Shown: positions 9,840-18,523 of the stretch, one piece after another
How the letters are laid out: each line of letters starts with the position of its first letter
How positions within the stretch are numbered: the first letter of the stretch is position 1
From: Candidatus Limivicinus sp.
GTDB taxonomy: Bacteria > Bacillota > Clostridia > Oscillospirales > Oscillospiraceae
NCBI GenBank assembly: GCA_051866735.1
Contig: JBJDXP010000014.1
Location: 9,374-73,373 of the forward strand
Length of the DNA stretch: 64,000 bases
Direction: 5' to 3'
The notes under the pieces: generated by a model
Told to the model about the DNA's origin: nothing
What the model saw: the letters and a program-made list of their open reading frames with translations, nothing else
Database searches by the model: none
Program-made: the position numbers and the translations under genes

Positions 9840-10553
9840 TCAGAATGAAAAGCAGTAGGCAATATATTCGTTCAGCATTTCGGTATGCGGGGCGCTGTAG
9901 GGGACAAACAGGACATAGCGTCCGGTGATGCTTGCATCTCCAGCCGCGCCCGTCCCCGCCACATAGCGGCTCCGGGTCATGTCCAGGCCCGTATAACAGG
10001 GGTTCCCGTCCGGGTCCACGCCTTCGATCAGGTAAGCTTCAAGTTTCGTATAAAGCTCCGGCGTCAGAAGCTCCCCCAGGTCCGCCATAGGCACATCTTC
10101 CCGGTAAAAATCGTACACCGCCTCTGTGGTGACCACAAAATCCAGCTCCTGGGTGGCCATATAGGCGATAATTTTCCCGTTGCTCGCGGCGCTGTACTCT
10201 GTGGCTCCGCCGTCCTGGCTGATATACAGGGTGTCGTCAAAAACCACAGCCTGCTTTTTGCTCAAATCCAGCGTGGCAGTGAAATCCTTCTCCAGGTCCC
10301 CGGCGGGGAACAGGTTATAGTCGTCGTTGGTAAAAAAGCCCTCCAGCACGATCTCCTTATGGGCCTGCACCACCGCGTCGCCCACATAGCCGCAGAACAT
10401 GACAACGATCAGAAACAGCAGCATCCACTTCCAGTAATAGGTGAAAATGTACCCGATCTTCTCGCCGAATTTCATGGTGCGCAGCTTGGCAGACTCCGTA
10501 TCATGCCATTTTTTTACCTTCTGCCGGAAGGTCAGTCCGTAGCCGCCGATCAT
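9840..10553 (-). CDS. Hypothetical single-pass membrane protein with an extracytoplasmic domain
   Basis: 237 aa counted from the ATG at 10553, which overlaps the upstream stop as ATGA. It has one TM segment (WKWMLLFLIVVMFCGYV). I recognise no family. The longer 359-aa ORF in the track is an out-of-context extension. Confidence 0.55.
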   Translation of the reverse strand: MIGGYGLTFRQKVKKWHDTESAKLRTMKFGEKIGYIFTYYWKWMLLFLIVVMFCGYVGDAVVQAHKEIVLEGFFTNDDYNLFPAGDLEKDFTATLDLSKKQAVVFDDTLYISQDGGATEYSAASNGKIIAYMATQELDFVVTTEAVYDFYREDVPMADLGELLTPELYTKLEAYLIEGVDPDGNPCYTGLDMTRSRYVAGTGAAGDASITGRYVLFVPYSAPHTEMLNEYIAYCFSF

Positions 10554-11197
10554 TCTACCAGCTGCTCCTTTCCCTCTTCCTCCGGGTCCCGGACGTATTT
10601 CAGGAAAACGCCGGTGATGAAATAGGAGGAGAAAAAGATATACAAGCCGATCCAGAAGAAAAACAGTCCGCTGACATAATAGATGAGAACGCAGACCAGC
10701 GCGGTCATCACGAAAAGGGTGATGGTCACATGGAGATTGCCCATGGCCATGATGAAGCTGTCGTGGAGGATCTTCTTCAGCTTGAAGTTGAACGCCGCCA
10801 GCAGCGGATAGACATACATGAGGCAGGAGAGGAAGATGATCGCGATGCAGCCGCAGAAGCCCAGCAGGGCGATGCCGGCCACGCCGCCCTTGGCCAGGAA
10901 GAAGTTCCACGCCGCCCACAGGTCCAGGGCAAGGAAGGCGATACCCGCCAGTTCAATGAGCCAAAGGAGGGTGGCCCGGCCGAAATGGGCCTTGAAGGAA
11001 GAAAAGAAGCTTTTCAGGATCTTCCCTTCCCGGTCGTTCACCTGGTGCAGGGCAAAATCGTAAAAGGCGGTGGTCGTCGCGCCGATGGTGAAAACCGGAA
11101 GGCTCACCAGGGCCCACAGGATGCTCATGCAGGCCACGTCAGTGATTTTCGCGATAAAATTCCAGAATTTATTTTCGGGGTTAAAGAGATGGTACAT
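10550..11197 (-). CDS. DUF624/YesL-family membrane protein
   Basis: 215 aa with NKFWNFIAKITDVACMSILWALVSLPVFTIGATTTAFY, a typical YesL N-terminus, and about 6 TM segments. This family usually accompanies CUT1 sugar ABC systems. Confidence 0.75.
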   Translation of the reverse strand: MYHLFNPENKFWNFIAKITDVACMSILWALVSLPVFTIGATTTAFYDFALHQVNDREGKILKSFFSSFKAHFGRATLLWLIELAGIAFLALDLWAAWNFFLAKGGVAGIALLGFCGCIAIIFLSCLMYVYPLLAAFNFKLKKILHDSFIMAMGNLHVTITLFVMTALVCVLIYYVSGLFFFWIGLYIFFSSYFITGVFLKYVRDPEEEGKEQLVE

Positions 11198-11220
11198 GGA
11201 TATCTCCTGTCAGAGGCGCG

Positions 11221-11946
11221 TTATTCAAGGATATTGGTGGTGATGTAGTCCACACCCATTTCCGCCAGGGCCTCGCCGTCTTCCTTGCCGTTTACCGTCC
11301 AGCAGTTGACCTCCAGTCCGGCGGCGTGGACCTGATCCACGATCTCCTTTGTCAGGCTGGTGTAGCGGATATCCAGGCCCAGATTGTATTTTTTCAGGAT
11401 GTCAAGAGACTTATCGTCCCATTTGTCCAGCAGGTACTGGGCGGGCTGCTCCGGATAGCGCCGGCGCAGATACACCAGATTTTTCAGCTGGAAAGAGATG
11501 AAGGTGACATGGTCCAGATAACCCATCTTTTCGATGGCGGCCACGACCTTATACACATCGGCGGCCCGGAACTGATTTTTCAGCTCAAGGATGCACTCTT
11601 TTTCATATTTTTTGCAGATGCCTATATATTCTGCCAGGGTGGGGATAACCAGATCATTGCGGCCCCGCTGCCCGTCAATGTCGGTGAGCCGGAGCTTGCG
11701 CAGGGTCTCAAAGCTGCTGTTTTCGATGATGAGGCTGTCCACACCCACGCGGGCGGTGTTGTCGTCGTGGAAAACCACAAACTGGCCGTCGGCCGTGCGG
11801 TGCACGTCAGTCTCAATGCCGTAATAGCTCTCCCGGTTGCCGGCTGCCACGAAGGCCGCGCAGGTATTTTCTTTTTCCAGCCCGCTCAGGCCCCGGTGTG
11901 CGATGGTCTTTGCCTGCTTCTTATTGAATTTGATCGTATTCATCAA
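11221..11946 (-). CDS. Glycerophosphodiester phosphodiesterase (GDPD family)
   Basis: AHRGLSGLEKENTCAAF...GIETDVHRTADGQFVVFHDDN are the GDPD catalytic His/Glu/Asp motifs. There is no signal peptide. Confidence 0.9.
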   Translation of the reverse strand: MMNTIKFNKKQAKTIAHRGLSGLEKENTCAAFVAAGNRESYYGIETDVHRTADGQFVVFHDDNTARVGVDSLIIENSSFETLRKLRLTDIDGQRGRNDLVIPTLAEYIGICKKYEKECILELKNQFRAADVYKVVAAIEKMGYLDHVTFISFQLKNLVYLRRRYPEQPAQYLLDKWDDKSLDILKKYNLGLDIRYTSLTKEIVDQVHAAGLEVNCWTVNGKEDGEALAEMGVDYITTNILE

Positions 11947-12170
11947 ACTTACTCCTTATCGCCGCAAAAAACGGCTTTATTCGCACATTGCAGTATATCA
12001 TTCTGCCCCTCCGATTTCAATCTCTGCCGCATTGGACGCTTCAAAAATGCAAACTTTCGGTTAAGCTGAACAAATTGCACCGTATATTTTTTCACTTTTG
12101 TACAAGTTTTTGAGCGACTTTGAATTAAAATCAACTTTTGTGCAAGCTCGCGTAAAATTTGAGCGAACGC

Positions 12171-12199
12171 TTGTCAAGGAAGGCCTTAAATGGTATACT
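12171..12199 (+). promoter_or_regulatory. Promoter of the ABC importer operon
   Basis: TTGTCA (12171-12176), a 17-nt spacer, then TGgTATACT (12191-12199). Direct repeats lie just upstream: acttttgtRcaag at 12094 and 12134, and tttgagcga at 12109 and 12158. Confidence 0.5.
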
Positions 12200-12267
12200 T
12201 TAACCAACGACACAGCCCCAGGGCTGTAAAGCAATAACCTATCACGAACAAAATGGAGGAACAGCAA

Positions 12268-13605
12268 ATGAAAAAGTTTTTGGCACTGGCTCTTGTACTG
12301 TGCATGGTATTCACCCTGTGCGCATGCGGCGGCTCCACCGGCAGCACCGCAGCTCCGGCCGAATCCGCAGCTCCCGCCGAGGAATCGGCCGAGCCCGCAG
12401 ATGTTTCCATGTATGAAGTCACCGAGCCCATCACCATCGTATGGTGGCACGCGCTCGAAGATCAGTATTCCGCTCTGGTAAATGAGGTCGTTGACGGCTT
12501 CAACGCCTCCCAGGATCTGGTCACTGTTGAGGCTCAGTACATCGGCGCTTACAAGGACGTGAACGAGGCTCTGGTCGCCGCTCACGCGGCCGGCACCGGT
12601 CTGCCCGCAGTCTGCGTGGCCAACACCGACTATGTGGCATCCTACGGCGCTGGCGGCGTGTTTGAGAACCTGGATCCCTACATTGCAGCCACCGGCTACG
12701 ATGTGGACGACTTCTCCACCGGTCTTCTCACCAGCTCCCAGTTTGAAGGCAAGCAGGTGGCTCTGCCCTTCCTGCACTCCACTCAGGTGATCTACTACAA
12801 CAAGACCCTGGCCGACGAGAACAACATCACCGTCCCCACCACCATTGAGGACTTCGGCGCATTCCTGGAAGCCGGCGCAGCTGCCTGCGGCGGATACGGC
12901 ACCGTGGTTCCCGGCTGGGACCAGTGGTACTTTGAGACCCTGTACCTGAACGAGGGCGTTGAGATCATCACCGACGACAACACCTGCGATCTGGACAGCG
13001 ACACCGCTATCGGCGTGACCGACATGATCAAGGGCTGGTGCAACGACGGTCTGGCCTACCTGGCCACCGGCACCGACGCTTCCGCAACCATGCGTCAGAA
13101 GTTCTATGACGGCGAGGCCTTCTCCGTCATGCACACCTCTTCCCTGTACAACAACTATGTCGACAAGTGCGACTTTGAAGTAGGCATGGCATGGTACCCC
13201 GCAGCTTCCACCGGCGACATGTTCTCCGAAGTCGGCGGCTGCGTGCTGGGCATCCCCGCCGGCAACGACCAGGCCACCAAGAACGCCGCATGGCTCTTCC
13301 TGCAGTACCTCTGCGGCAAGGAAGTCAACATGAAGTGGGCCGAAGGCACCGGCTACCTGCCCACCCGTAACTCCGTGCTGACCACCGCCGAAGGCGTTGC
13401 CTTCCTGGAGGCCAAGCCCGCATTCCAGTGCATCTTCGACAACCTGAACCTGATCAACCCCCGTATCCAGAACGCTGCATGGAGCGAGCTGGCTACCACC
13501 TGGAAGAACTACATGGACGTGATGATCAACCAGGGCGGCGACGTTGCCTCCTCTTCCGAGGACATGGTCGTTGAGATCAACGAGATCCTGGAGGACCATG
13601 CCTGA
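12268..13605 (+). CDS. CUT1-family ABC substrate-binding lipoprotein (UgpB/sugar type)
   Basis: The start was moved to the ATG at 12268, after GGAGGA. It has a signal peptide with lipobox (VFTLCACGGS), an Ala/Pro/Glu linker, and then an extracellular solute-binding family-1 layout. Confidence 0.88.
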   Translation: MKKFLALALVLCMVFTLCACGGSTGSTAAPAESAAPAEESAEPADVSMYEVTEPITIVWWHALEDQYSALVNEVVDGFNASQDLVTVEAQYIGAYKDVNEALVAAHAAGTGLPAVCVANTDYVASYGAGGVFENLDPYIAATGYDVDDFSTGLLTSSQFEGKQVALPFLHSTQVIYYNKTLADENNITVPTTIEDFGAFLEAGAAACGGYGTVVPGWDQWYFETLYLNEGVEIITDDNTCDLDSDTAIGVTDMIKGWCNDGLAYLATGTDASATMRQKFYDGEAFSVMHTSSLYNNYVDKCDFEVGMAWYPAASTGDMFSEVGGCVLGIPAGNDQATKNAAWLFLQYLCGKEVNMKWAEGTGYLPTRNSVLTTAEGVAFLEAKPAFQCIFDNLNLINPRIQNAAWSELATTWKNYMDVMINQGGDVASSSEDMVVEINEILEDHA

Positions 13606-13715
13606 TCTCTCCGTTGGGAGATAAGAGAATAATCTCCGAATAACGTTCAACCAAAGCCTCAAGCCTTGCTCTCCGGCAAGGCTTGAGGTACACCCATATC
13701 GGAGAGAAAGGATTT

Positions 13716-14675
13716 ATGATTATGACCGACGTCACCGCAACAACTGCCGTGGCTCAGGCCCCGGCCGGGCAGAAAAAACCCAGGATCACCCAGAGACAGA
13801 AAGCCAAATTCGTCGACTTTCTCTTCGTGCTGCCTGCCTTGGTTCTGCTCGCAGTCTTTACATACTACCCTGTCGCCAAATTGGTCCAGATCAGCCTTAC
13901 CGACTGGAACCTGCTCAAGCCCGAATGGAACTTTGTGGGCCTGAAAAACTGGAAGTGGCTCTTTGTGGGCTCCGGCGCCAAATACCTCTGGAACTCCCTG
14001 AAGGTCACCTTCCTGTACTCTCTGGGTGAGATCTTCGCCACCATGGTGGGCGGCATGATCTTCGCCCTGATCTTCAAGCGTATGACCCGCTCCTTCAGCG
14101 CCATGCGTGCCATCCTGTTTGTACCCAAGTATGTGGCCATGTCCTCCTGCGCTGTGGTCTTCCTCTGGATTCTGAACACCGACTACGGCGTGCTGAACTA
14201 CCTGCTCCAGCTCATCGGCCTGCAGCCGGTGGACTGGCTGAATCAGGAATCCACCGCCCTGCTCTCCGTTTTGATGACCACCTGCTGGCGCGTTCTGGGC
14301 TACGGCATGATGATCTATCTGTCGGCCATGATGGGCATTTCGCCCCAGTACTATGAGGCGGCCTCTCTGGACGGCGCAAACGGCAGACAGCAGTTCTTCA
14401 AGATCACCCTGCCTCTGCTCTCCCCCACCACACTGTTCCTGCTGGTCACCACCTTCCTCAGCTCCATGAAGGTGTTCCAGTCTGTGGATATTCTGACTTC
14501 CGGCGGCCCCGCCCGTTCCACCGAAGTGTTTGTCTACCTGATCTACCGTTACGCTATGGTGGACTTCCGTATGGACCGCGCGGCCACCTCCGCCGTCATG
14601 TTCTTCGTGATCCTGCTGTGCATCACCGTAGCGACCATGAAGTACTCCAACAACTCGGTCAACTACGACGCTTAA
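13716..14675 (+). CDS. ABC importer permease (MalF/UgpA type)
   Basis: 6-TM permease with an EAA-loop region (YEAASLDGANGRQQFFKITLPLL). The start was moved to the ATG at 13716. Confidence 0.9.
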   Translation: MIMTDVTATTAVAQAPAGQKKPRITQRQKAKFVDFLFVLPALVLLAVFTYYPVAKLVQISLTDWNLLKPEWNFVGLKNWKWLFVGSGAKYLWNSLKVTFLYSLGEIFATMVGGMIFALIFKRMTRSFSAMRAILFVPKYVAMSSCAVVFLWILNTDYGVLNYLLQLIGLQPVDWLNQESTALLSVLMTTCWRVLGYGMMIYLSAMMGISPQYYEAASLDGANGRQQFFKITLPLLSPTTLFLLVTTFLSSMKVFQSVDILTSGGPARSTEVFVYLIYRYAMVDFRMDRAATSAVMFFVILLCITVATMKYSNNSVNYDA

Positions 14676-14691
14676 GAAAGGGGGAAGAAAA

Positions 14692-15549
14692 ATGAATCCT
14701 GAAACTGCCATTCGGAAAAAGCACCACAGCGCCGGATACCATGTCCAGACTGTCGTGGCTGTTCTCATCACCATCGTCATGCTCTTCCCTCTGTACTGGA
14801 TGCTGGCCACCTCCGTGAAGTCCGCGGAGGAGGTGCAGCGGGTCATTCCTACCCTGTTCCCGCACAGCTTCCATCCGGAGAACTATCTTAACGTTCTGAC
14901 CCGCGCCAACTTCCTGAAGTACTACTGGAACACCATCGTCATGACCGCCGGCATCCTGATCCTTCAGGTGGGCACCGGCACCCTGGCTGCCTACGGCTTC
15001 GCCTGCGGCAACTTCAAAGGCCGCAACGTGATGTTCTATCTGGTGCTGGGCGCGCTGATGATCCCCCTGCAGGTGACCTTTATCCCCATCTACATCATGT
15101 GCGCTAACTGGGGCCTGGCCGACACCTTCCTGGGTCTGATCCTGCCGGAAGCGGTTTCCGCCTATTATATTTTTATGATGCGAAACTCTTTCATGGCCAT
15201 CGACCAGAGCTATATTGACGCCGGGCGGATCGACGGTCTGGGACGCTTCGGCATTATCTGGAACGTCCTTGTTCCCATGAGCAAGGCCACCATCTTCACC
15301 GTCACCCTGGTGACCTTCTCCAATGGCTGGAACGCCTACTTCTGGCCCAAGATCATTGCCAAAAACGAGGTACGCCGTGTCCTGACCGTTGGCCTTGCCC
15401 AGCTGAAAAACACCTTCGCCGGGCAGGCGGTTTCCAACTACCATGAGATCATGGCCGGCGCCGTTCTGGCTGTGCTTCCGCTGATCATCCTGTTTATGAT
15501 TTTCCAGAAATATATGATGACCGGCTATTCCAAGGCGGCAATGAAGTAA
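14692..15549 (+). CDS. ABC importer permease (MalG/UgpE type)
   Basis: 6-TM permease with the EAA loop IDAGRIDGLGRFGIIWNVLVPM. No ATPase gene follows, which is usual for CUT1 systems in Firmicutes. Confidence 0.9.
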   Translation: MNPETAIRKKHHSAGYHVQTVVAVLITIVMLFPLYWMLATSVKSAEEVQRVIPTLFPHSFHPENYLNVLTRANFLKYYWNTIVMTAGILILQVGTGTLAAYGFACGNFKGRNVMFYLVLGALMIPLQVTFIPIYIMCANWGLADTFLGLILPEAVSAYYIFMMRNSFMAIDQSYIDAGRIDGLGRFGIIWNVLVPMSKATIFTVTLVTFSNGWNAYFWPKIIAKNEVRRVLTVGLAQLKNTFAGQAVSNYHEIMAGAVLAVLPLIILFMIFQKYMMTGYSKAAMK

Positions 15550-15580
15550 GCCGGCAAACAGCAAAGCAAAAGCTAAATGT

Positions 15581-15620
15581 AAAGGCGCACCGCCATAATG
15601 AAGCGGTGCGCCTTTTCTTC
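15581..15620. terminator. Bidirectional intrinsic terminator
   Basis: aaaggcgcaccgc-cataatgaa-gcggtgcgccttttctt sits between convergent genes. Confidence 0.8.
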
Positions 15621-15632
15621 TCTTTTGCTTGT

Positions 15633-16367
15633 TCATTCTGCGGTGCCGATCACCGTGCCGTGATACCCGGAGCTGAAATAGCCGGGGATATCCGTAACAA
15701 GATAATCCATATCATTCAAATGCAGTAACGTGCTGCCGGGCTCGGCGTTTATCTGGTCCCCGGAAAACAGCAGTATTCTCTTCTCCGCGTGTCTGGCCGC
15801 CGTCCGGAGAACGGACATACGGTCAACATTGTAGAATGTGAGGTCTCCGCCTTCCGCCAGGGCGTCGCCGCTGAAGAAGGCCATATGGGTATAGAACAGA
15901 CCCGCCAGCTCCGCCGCCTGGCTGCCGGACAGCGCGTCATCCCTCGCCTGCAGCCGCCCGCCGGTGCAGTGGACGTGAGCTGCATGGCCGCACAGCGCGT
16001 CAGCCGCAGACATGCTGTCTGTCACCACGGTGAGATCCGGCACCCGGCTCACCGTCTTTGCCAGGGAGAGACTGAAGCGGCCCGCGGCGATAAAGATGAT
16101 GCTGTGGGGCTTGACCAGCGCAGCCGCCGCGGCCACAATGGGGTCGTCGGGCTGGACAGGTCCGCCATGGGTCACGGCGTGGGCCATGCGGGTCACGGCC
16201 ATTGCCTTGCCGTGGCTTCTGACGATCAGCCCCCGGCGGGACAGCTCGGCCAGGTCCCTGCGAATGGTGGCCGAACTGACATAGAGCTGGGACTCCAGCT
16301 CTTTTGCGGATATGGTGCGGTTGCTCTCAATCAGCCGCAGGATTTTTTGAAGGCGTTCTTCCGACAT
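15633..16367 (-). CDS. DeoR-family transcriptional regulator
   Basis: N-terminal HTH (ISAKELESQLYVSSATIRRDLAELSRRGLIVRSHG) followed by a DeoR C-terminal sensor domain. Confidence 0.85.
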   Translation of the reverse strand: MSEERLQKILRLIESNRTISAKELESQLYVSSATIRRDLAELSRRGLIVRSHGKAMAVTRMAHAVTHGGPVQPDDPIVAAAAALVKPHSIIFIAAGRFSLSLAKTVSRVPDLTVVTDSMSAADALCGHAAHVHCTGGRLQARDDALSGSQAAELAGLFYTHMAFFSGDALAEGGDLTFYNVDRMSVLRTAARHAEKRILLFSGDQINAEPGSTLLHLNDMDYLVTDIPGYFSSGYHGTVIGTAE

Positions 16368-16390
16368 CCCGGTCTCCTTTCCCGCCGCGC

Positions 16391-17134
16391 TCAGGCGTGC
16401 ACCCGTCTGACAATGGCTCTGGCGGAAAGCGGATGCTTTTCATCGTCCGTGATCAGATAGCGGAACGCGTCCAGATGGGCAATATTGTAGGGCCGCGTCA
16501 GGCCGATCTTGCTGTGATCGAACAGCAGCACCGCGCTTTGGGCCTGCTCCATGGCCGCTCTGCGGAGAGAGGCCGCAAACTCCGTGGTTTCCGCCGCAAA
16601 GCCTGAGGGCGTCACCGCAACAGGAGAGAAAAAGGCCAGGTCATAATTGAAAGCGCGCACAGCCTCTTCTGCCGCCGGGCCAAAAAAGCCCTTGGACATA
16701 GCAGACATCTCCCCGCCGATCAGGTGGACCGGCACCAAGCTGCCCTGAAAGCGGGTAGCCACGGGCAGGCTGTTGGTAACAACGATGATATTTCTCATAT
16801 TCCGCAGTCCGCTGACCATCTGCAGCACGGTGGAGGAGGAGTCCAGGAAGATCACACTGCCGCTGCTCACCAATTGCAGCGCGTTTCGGGCAATGAGCGC
16901 CTTGGCCTGGACATTCACCGTGGAGCGGAAGCCCACCGGCGTATCAACGATGGTCTCTGATATGGGGACAACGCCGTTTTTGCTGACCGACACCATCCCC
17001 CGCCGGTTCAGTTCGGCCAGGTCGCGCCGCACGGTGGACACACTGACGCCGAATTTCTCCGCCAACTCCTGGGTCGTCATATAGCCCTTTTCCCTTATTG
17101 TCCCCAAAATATCCAGCAGCCGCAGCTCGCGCAC
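16391..17134 (-). CDS. DeoR-family transcriptional regulator (tandem paralogue)
   Basis: HTH (MTTQELAEKFGVSVSTVRRDLAELNRRGMV) followed by a DeoR sensor domain. It lies 23 nt upstream of the other DeoR gene. Confidence 0.85.
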   Translation of the reverse strand: MRELRLLDILGTIREKGYMTTQELAEKFGVSVSTVRRDLAELNRRGMVSVSKNGVVPISETIVDTPVGFRSTVNVQAKALIARNALQLVSSGSVIFLDSSSTVLQMVSGLRNMRNIIVVTNSLPVATRFQGSLVPVHLIGGEMSAMSKGFFGPAAEEAVRAFNYDLAFFSPVAVTPSGFAAETTEFAASLRRAAMEQAQSAVLLFDHSKIGLTRPYNIAHLDAFRYLITDDEKHPLSARAIVRRVHA

Positions 17135-17169
17135 ATGCTCACCCCCTGTAAATGCTTAAATTTTATTAT

Positions 17170-17413
17170 AATGACTGCTGAATAAACCGCTTTGCGGTTT
17201 ATTCACACGGCTTATGCCGTGAAATTCCATAAAACGGCTCTTTTAACCGTTTTATGGAATTCAGTCATTGTAACAATGCGTATCTTCCTTGGCGTGGCGC
17301 ACCACGCCAAGGAAAGGTGCAAGGATTTTGTGCAAACAAGCACAAATCCCTTGCACTTGAACAAAGCCTGTTGGCCTTGAAAGCCGAGGCTTTCAAGGCT
17401 TGCGGCTTTGTTC
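17170..17413. repeat. Array of six long hairpins; the first three are enclosed by an 8-bp closing stem
   Basis: The closing stem aatgactg (17170-77) / cagtcatt (17262-69) encloses hairpins at 17180-17204, 17205-17221 and 17223-17261 (15-bp stem). Further hairpins lie at 17285-17314 (13 bp), 17317-17356 and 17359-17413 (nested). Confidence 0.75.
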
Positions 17414-17484
17414 AGGACGTATTATTATAACAAGAGTAACTGATTTTTGTCAACCGGACCCATTGTTTGAAAGGAAACAGAACC

Positions 17485-18519
17485 ATGTACCAAATCAATC
17501 CCGATCTGCCCCAGTTCAAGGCAAATCTCCACAGCCACTCCAACCTGTCTGACGGCAAGCTTAGCCCGGAGGCCATGGCCGAGGCCTATAAGTCCCGGGG
17601 CTATTCCGTCCTGGCCATCACAGACCACGAGGCCCCCTATGACCATACCCATCTCAGCACCCCCGATTTTCTGATGCTCACCGGGTATGAGGCCTATATC
17701 CGCCCCTCGCCCAACTGCCAGCTGGATGTCTACGGACCGGAGATCCATCTCAATCTGCTGGCCAAGGAGCCCCACAACACCTGTTTTATAGCCTATGACC
17801 CCAATTTCTGCAAGTACATGCCCCATGCGCTGGCCGAATCCAGAGCGCAGGCCGGCAATATCGGGCCCCGCCGCTATGAAAGGGAATATATCCAGCGCTT
17901 TATCCAGGAGGCGAAAAACGCCGGATACCTGGTCACCTATAACCACCCCAACTGGTCCATGGAGGAGCCGGAGGAGATTTTGCATTACGACGGCTTTTTC
18001 AGCCTGGAGATTTTCAACACCGGCTCCATGGTCATCAACGGCCACGAGAACAATCTGGGCCTGTATGACCGGCTCCTGCGCCACGGTAAGTTCCCCTATG
18101 TCCACGGCGCGGACGACAACCACAACAAGCACCCCTTTGATGACCCGCGCTGCGATTCCTTCGGCGCGTGGACCATGATCATCGCGCCGGAGCTGAGCTA
18201 TCCGGCCATCATCCAGGCACTGGAATTGGGCAATTTTTACGCCAGCACCGGGCCGGAGATCCGGGAGCTGCACTTCAGGAAGGGCCATGTGACCCTGCGC
18301 TGTTCGGCAGCCCGGCGGATCACCATGCATATGAGCCCCAAGCGCAGTCAGAATGTCTGCGCCCGTCCGGGTGAAACCCTGGAATTTGCGGAGTTTGACA
18401 TCCCCGACAGCGCCCCCTATGTGTATTTCTCCGTGTTTGGCCCCGACGGGACGGAGGCCCATACCCGCGCTTATACCCGGGGAGACATGATAATTTGCTG
18501 TGCCGGGGAAGGTGAATGA
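17485..18519 (+). CDS. PHP-domain metal-dependent phosphoesterase
   Basis: ANLHSHSNLSDGKLSPE...YSVLAITDHE...GADDNHN are PHP His/Asp metal-ligand motifs. The start was moved to the ATG at 17485. Confidence 0.8.
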   Translation: MYQINPDLPQFKANLHSHSNLSDGKLSPEAMAEAYKSRGYSVLAITDHEAPYDHTHLSTPDFLMLTGYEAYIRPSPNCQLDVYGPEIHLNLLAKEPHNTCFIAYDPNFCKYMPHALAESRAQAGNIGPRRYEREYIQRFIQEAKNAGYLVTYNHPNWSMEEPEEILHYDGFFSLEIFNTGSMVINGHENNLGLYDRLLRHGKFPYVHGADDNHNKHPFDDPRCDSFGAWTMIIAPELSYPAIIQALELGNFYASTGPEIRELHFRKGHVTLRCSAARRITMHMSPKRSQNVCARPGETLEFAEFDIPDSAPYVYFSVFGPDGTEAHTRAYTRGDMIICCAGEGE

Positions 18520-18523
18520 ATCC

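Noticed and set aside
9840-10919. 359-aa version of the ORF downstream of the YesL gene. The 449-aa version of the GT4 gene at 42081-43430 is a similar case.
   Set aside because: The N-terminal extensions run through the preceding gene in another frame. The internal ATGs at 10553 and 42348 form ATGA overlaps with the upstream stops and give proteins of normal length.
12061-15636. Long minus-strand ORFs (533, 395 and 325 aa) opposite the ABC importer genes
   Set aside because: All three lie antisense to clear binding-protein and permease genes, and their composition is low-complexity.
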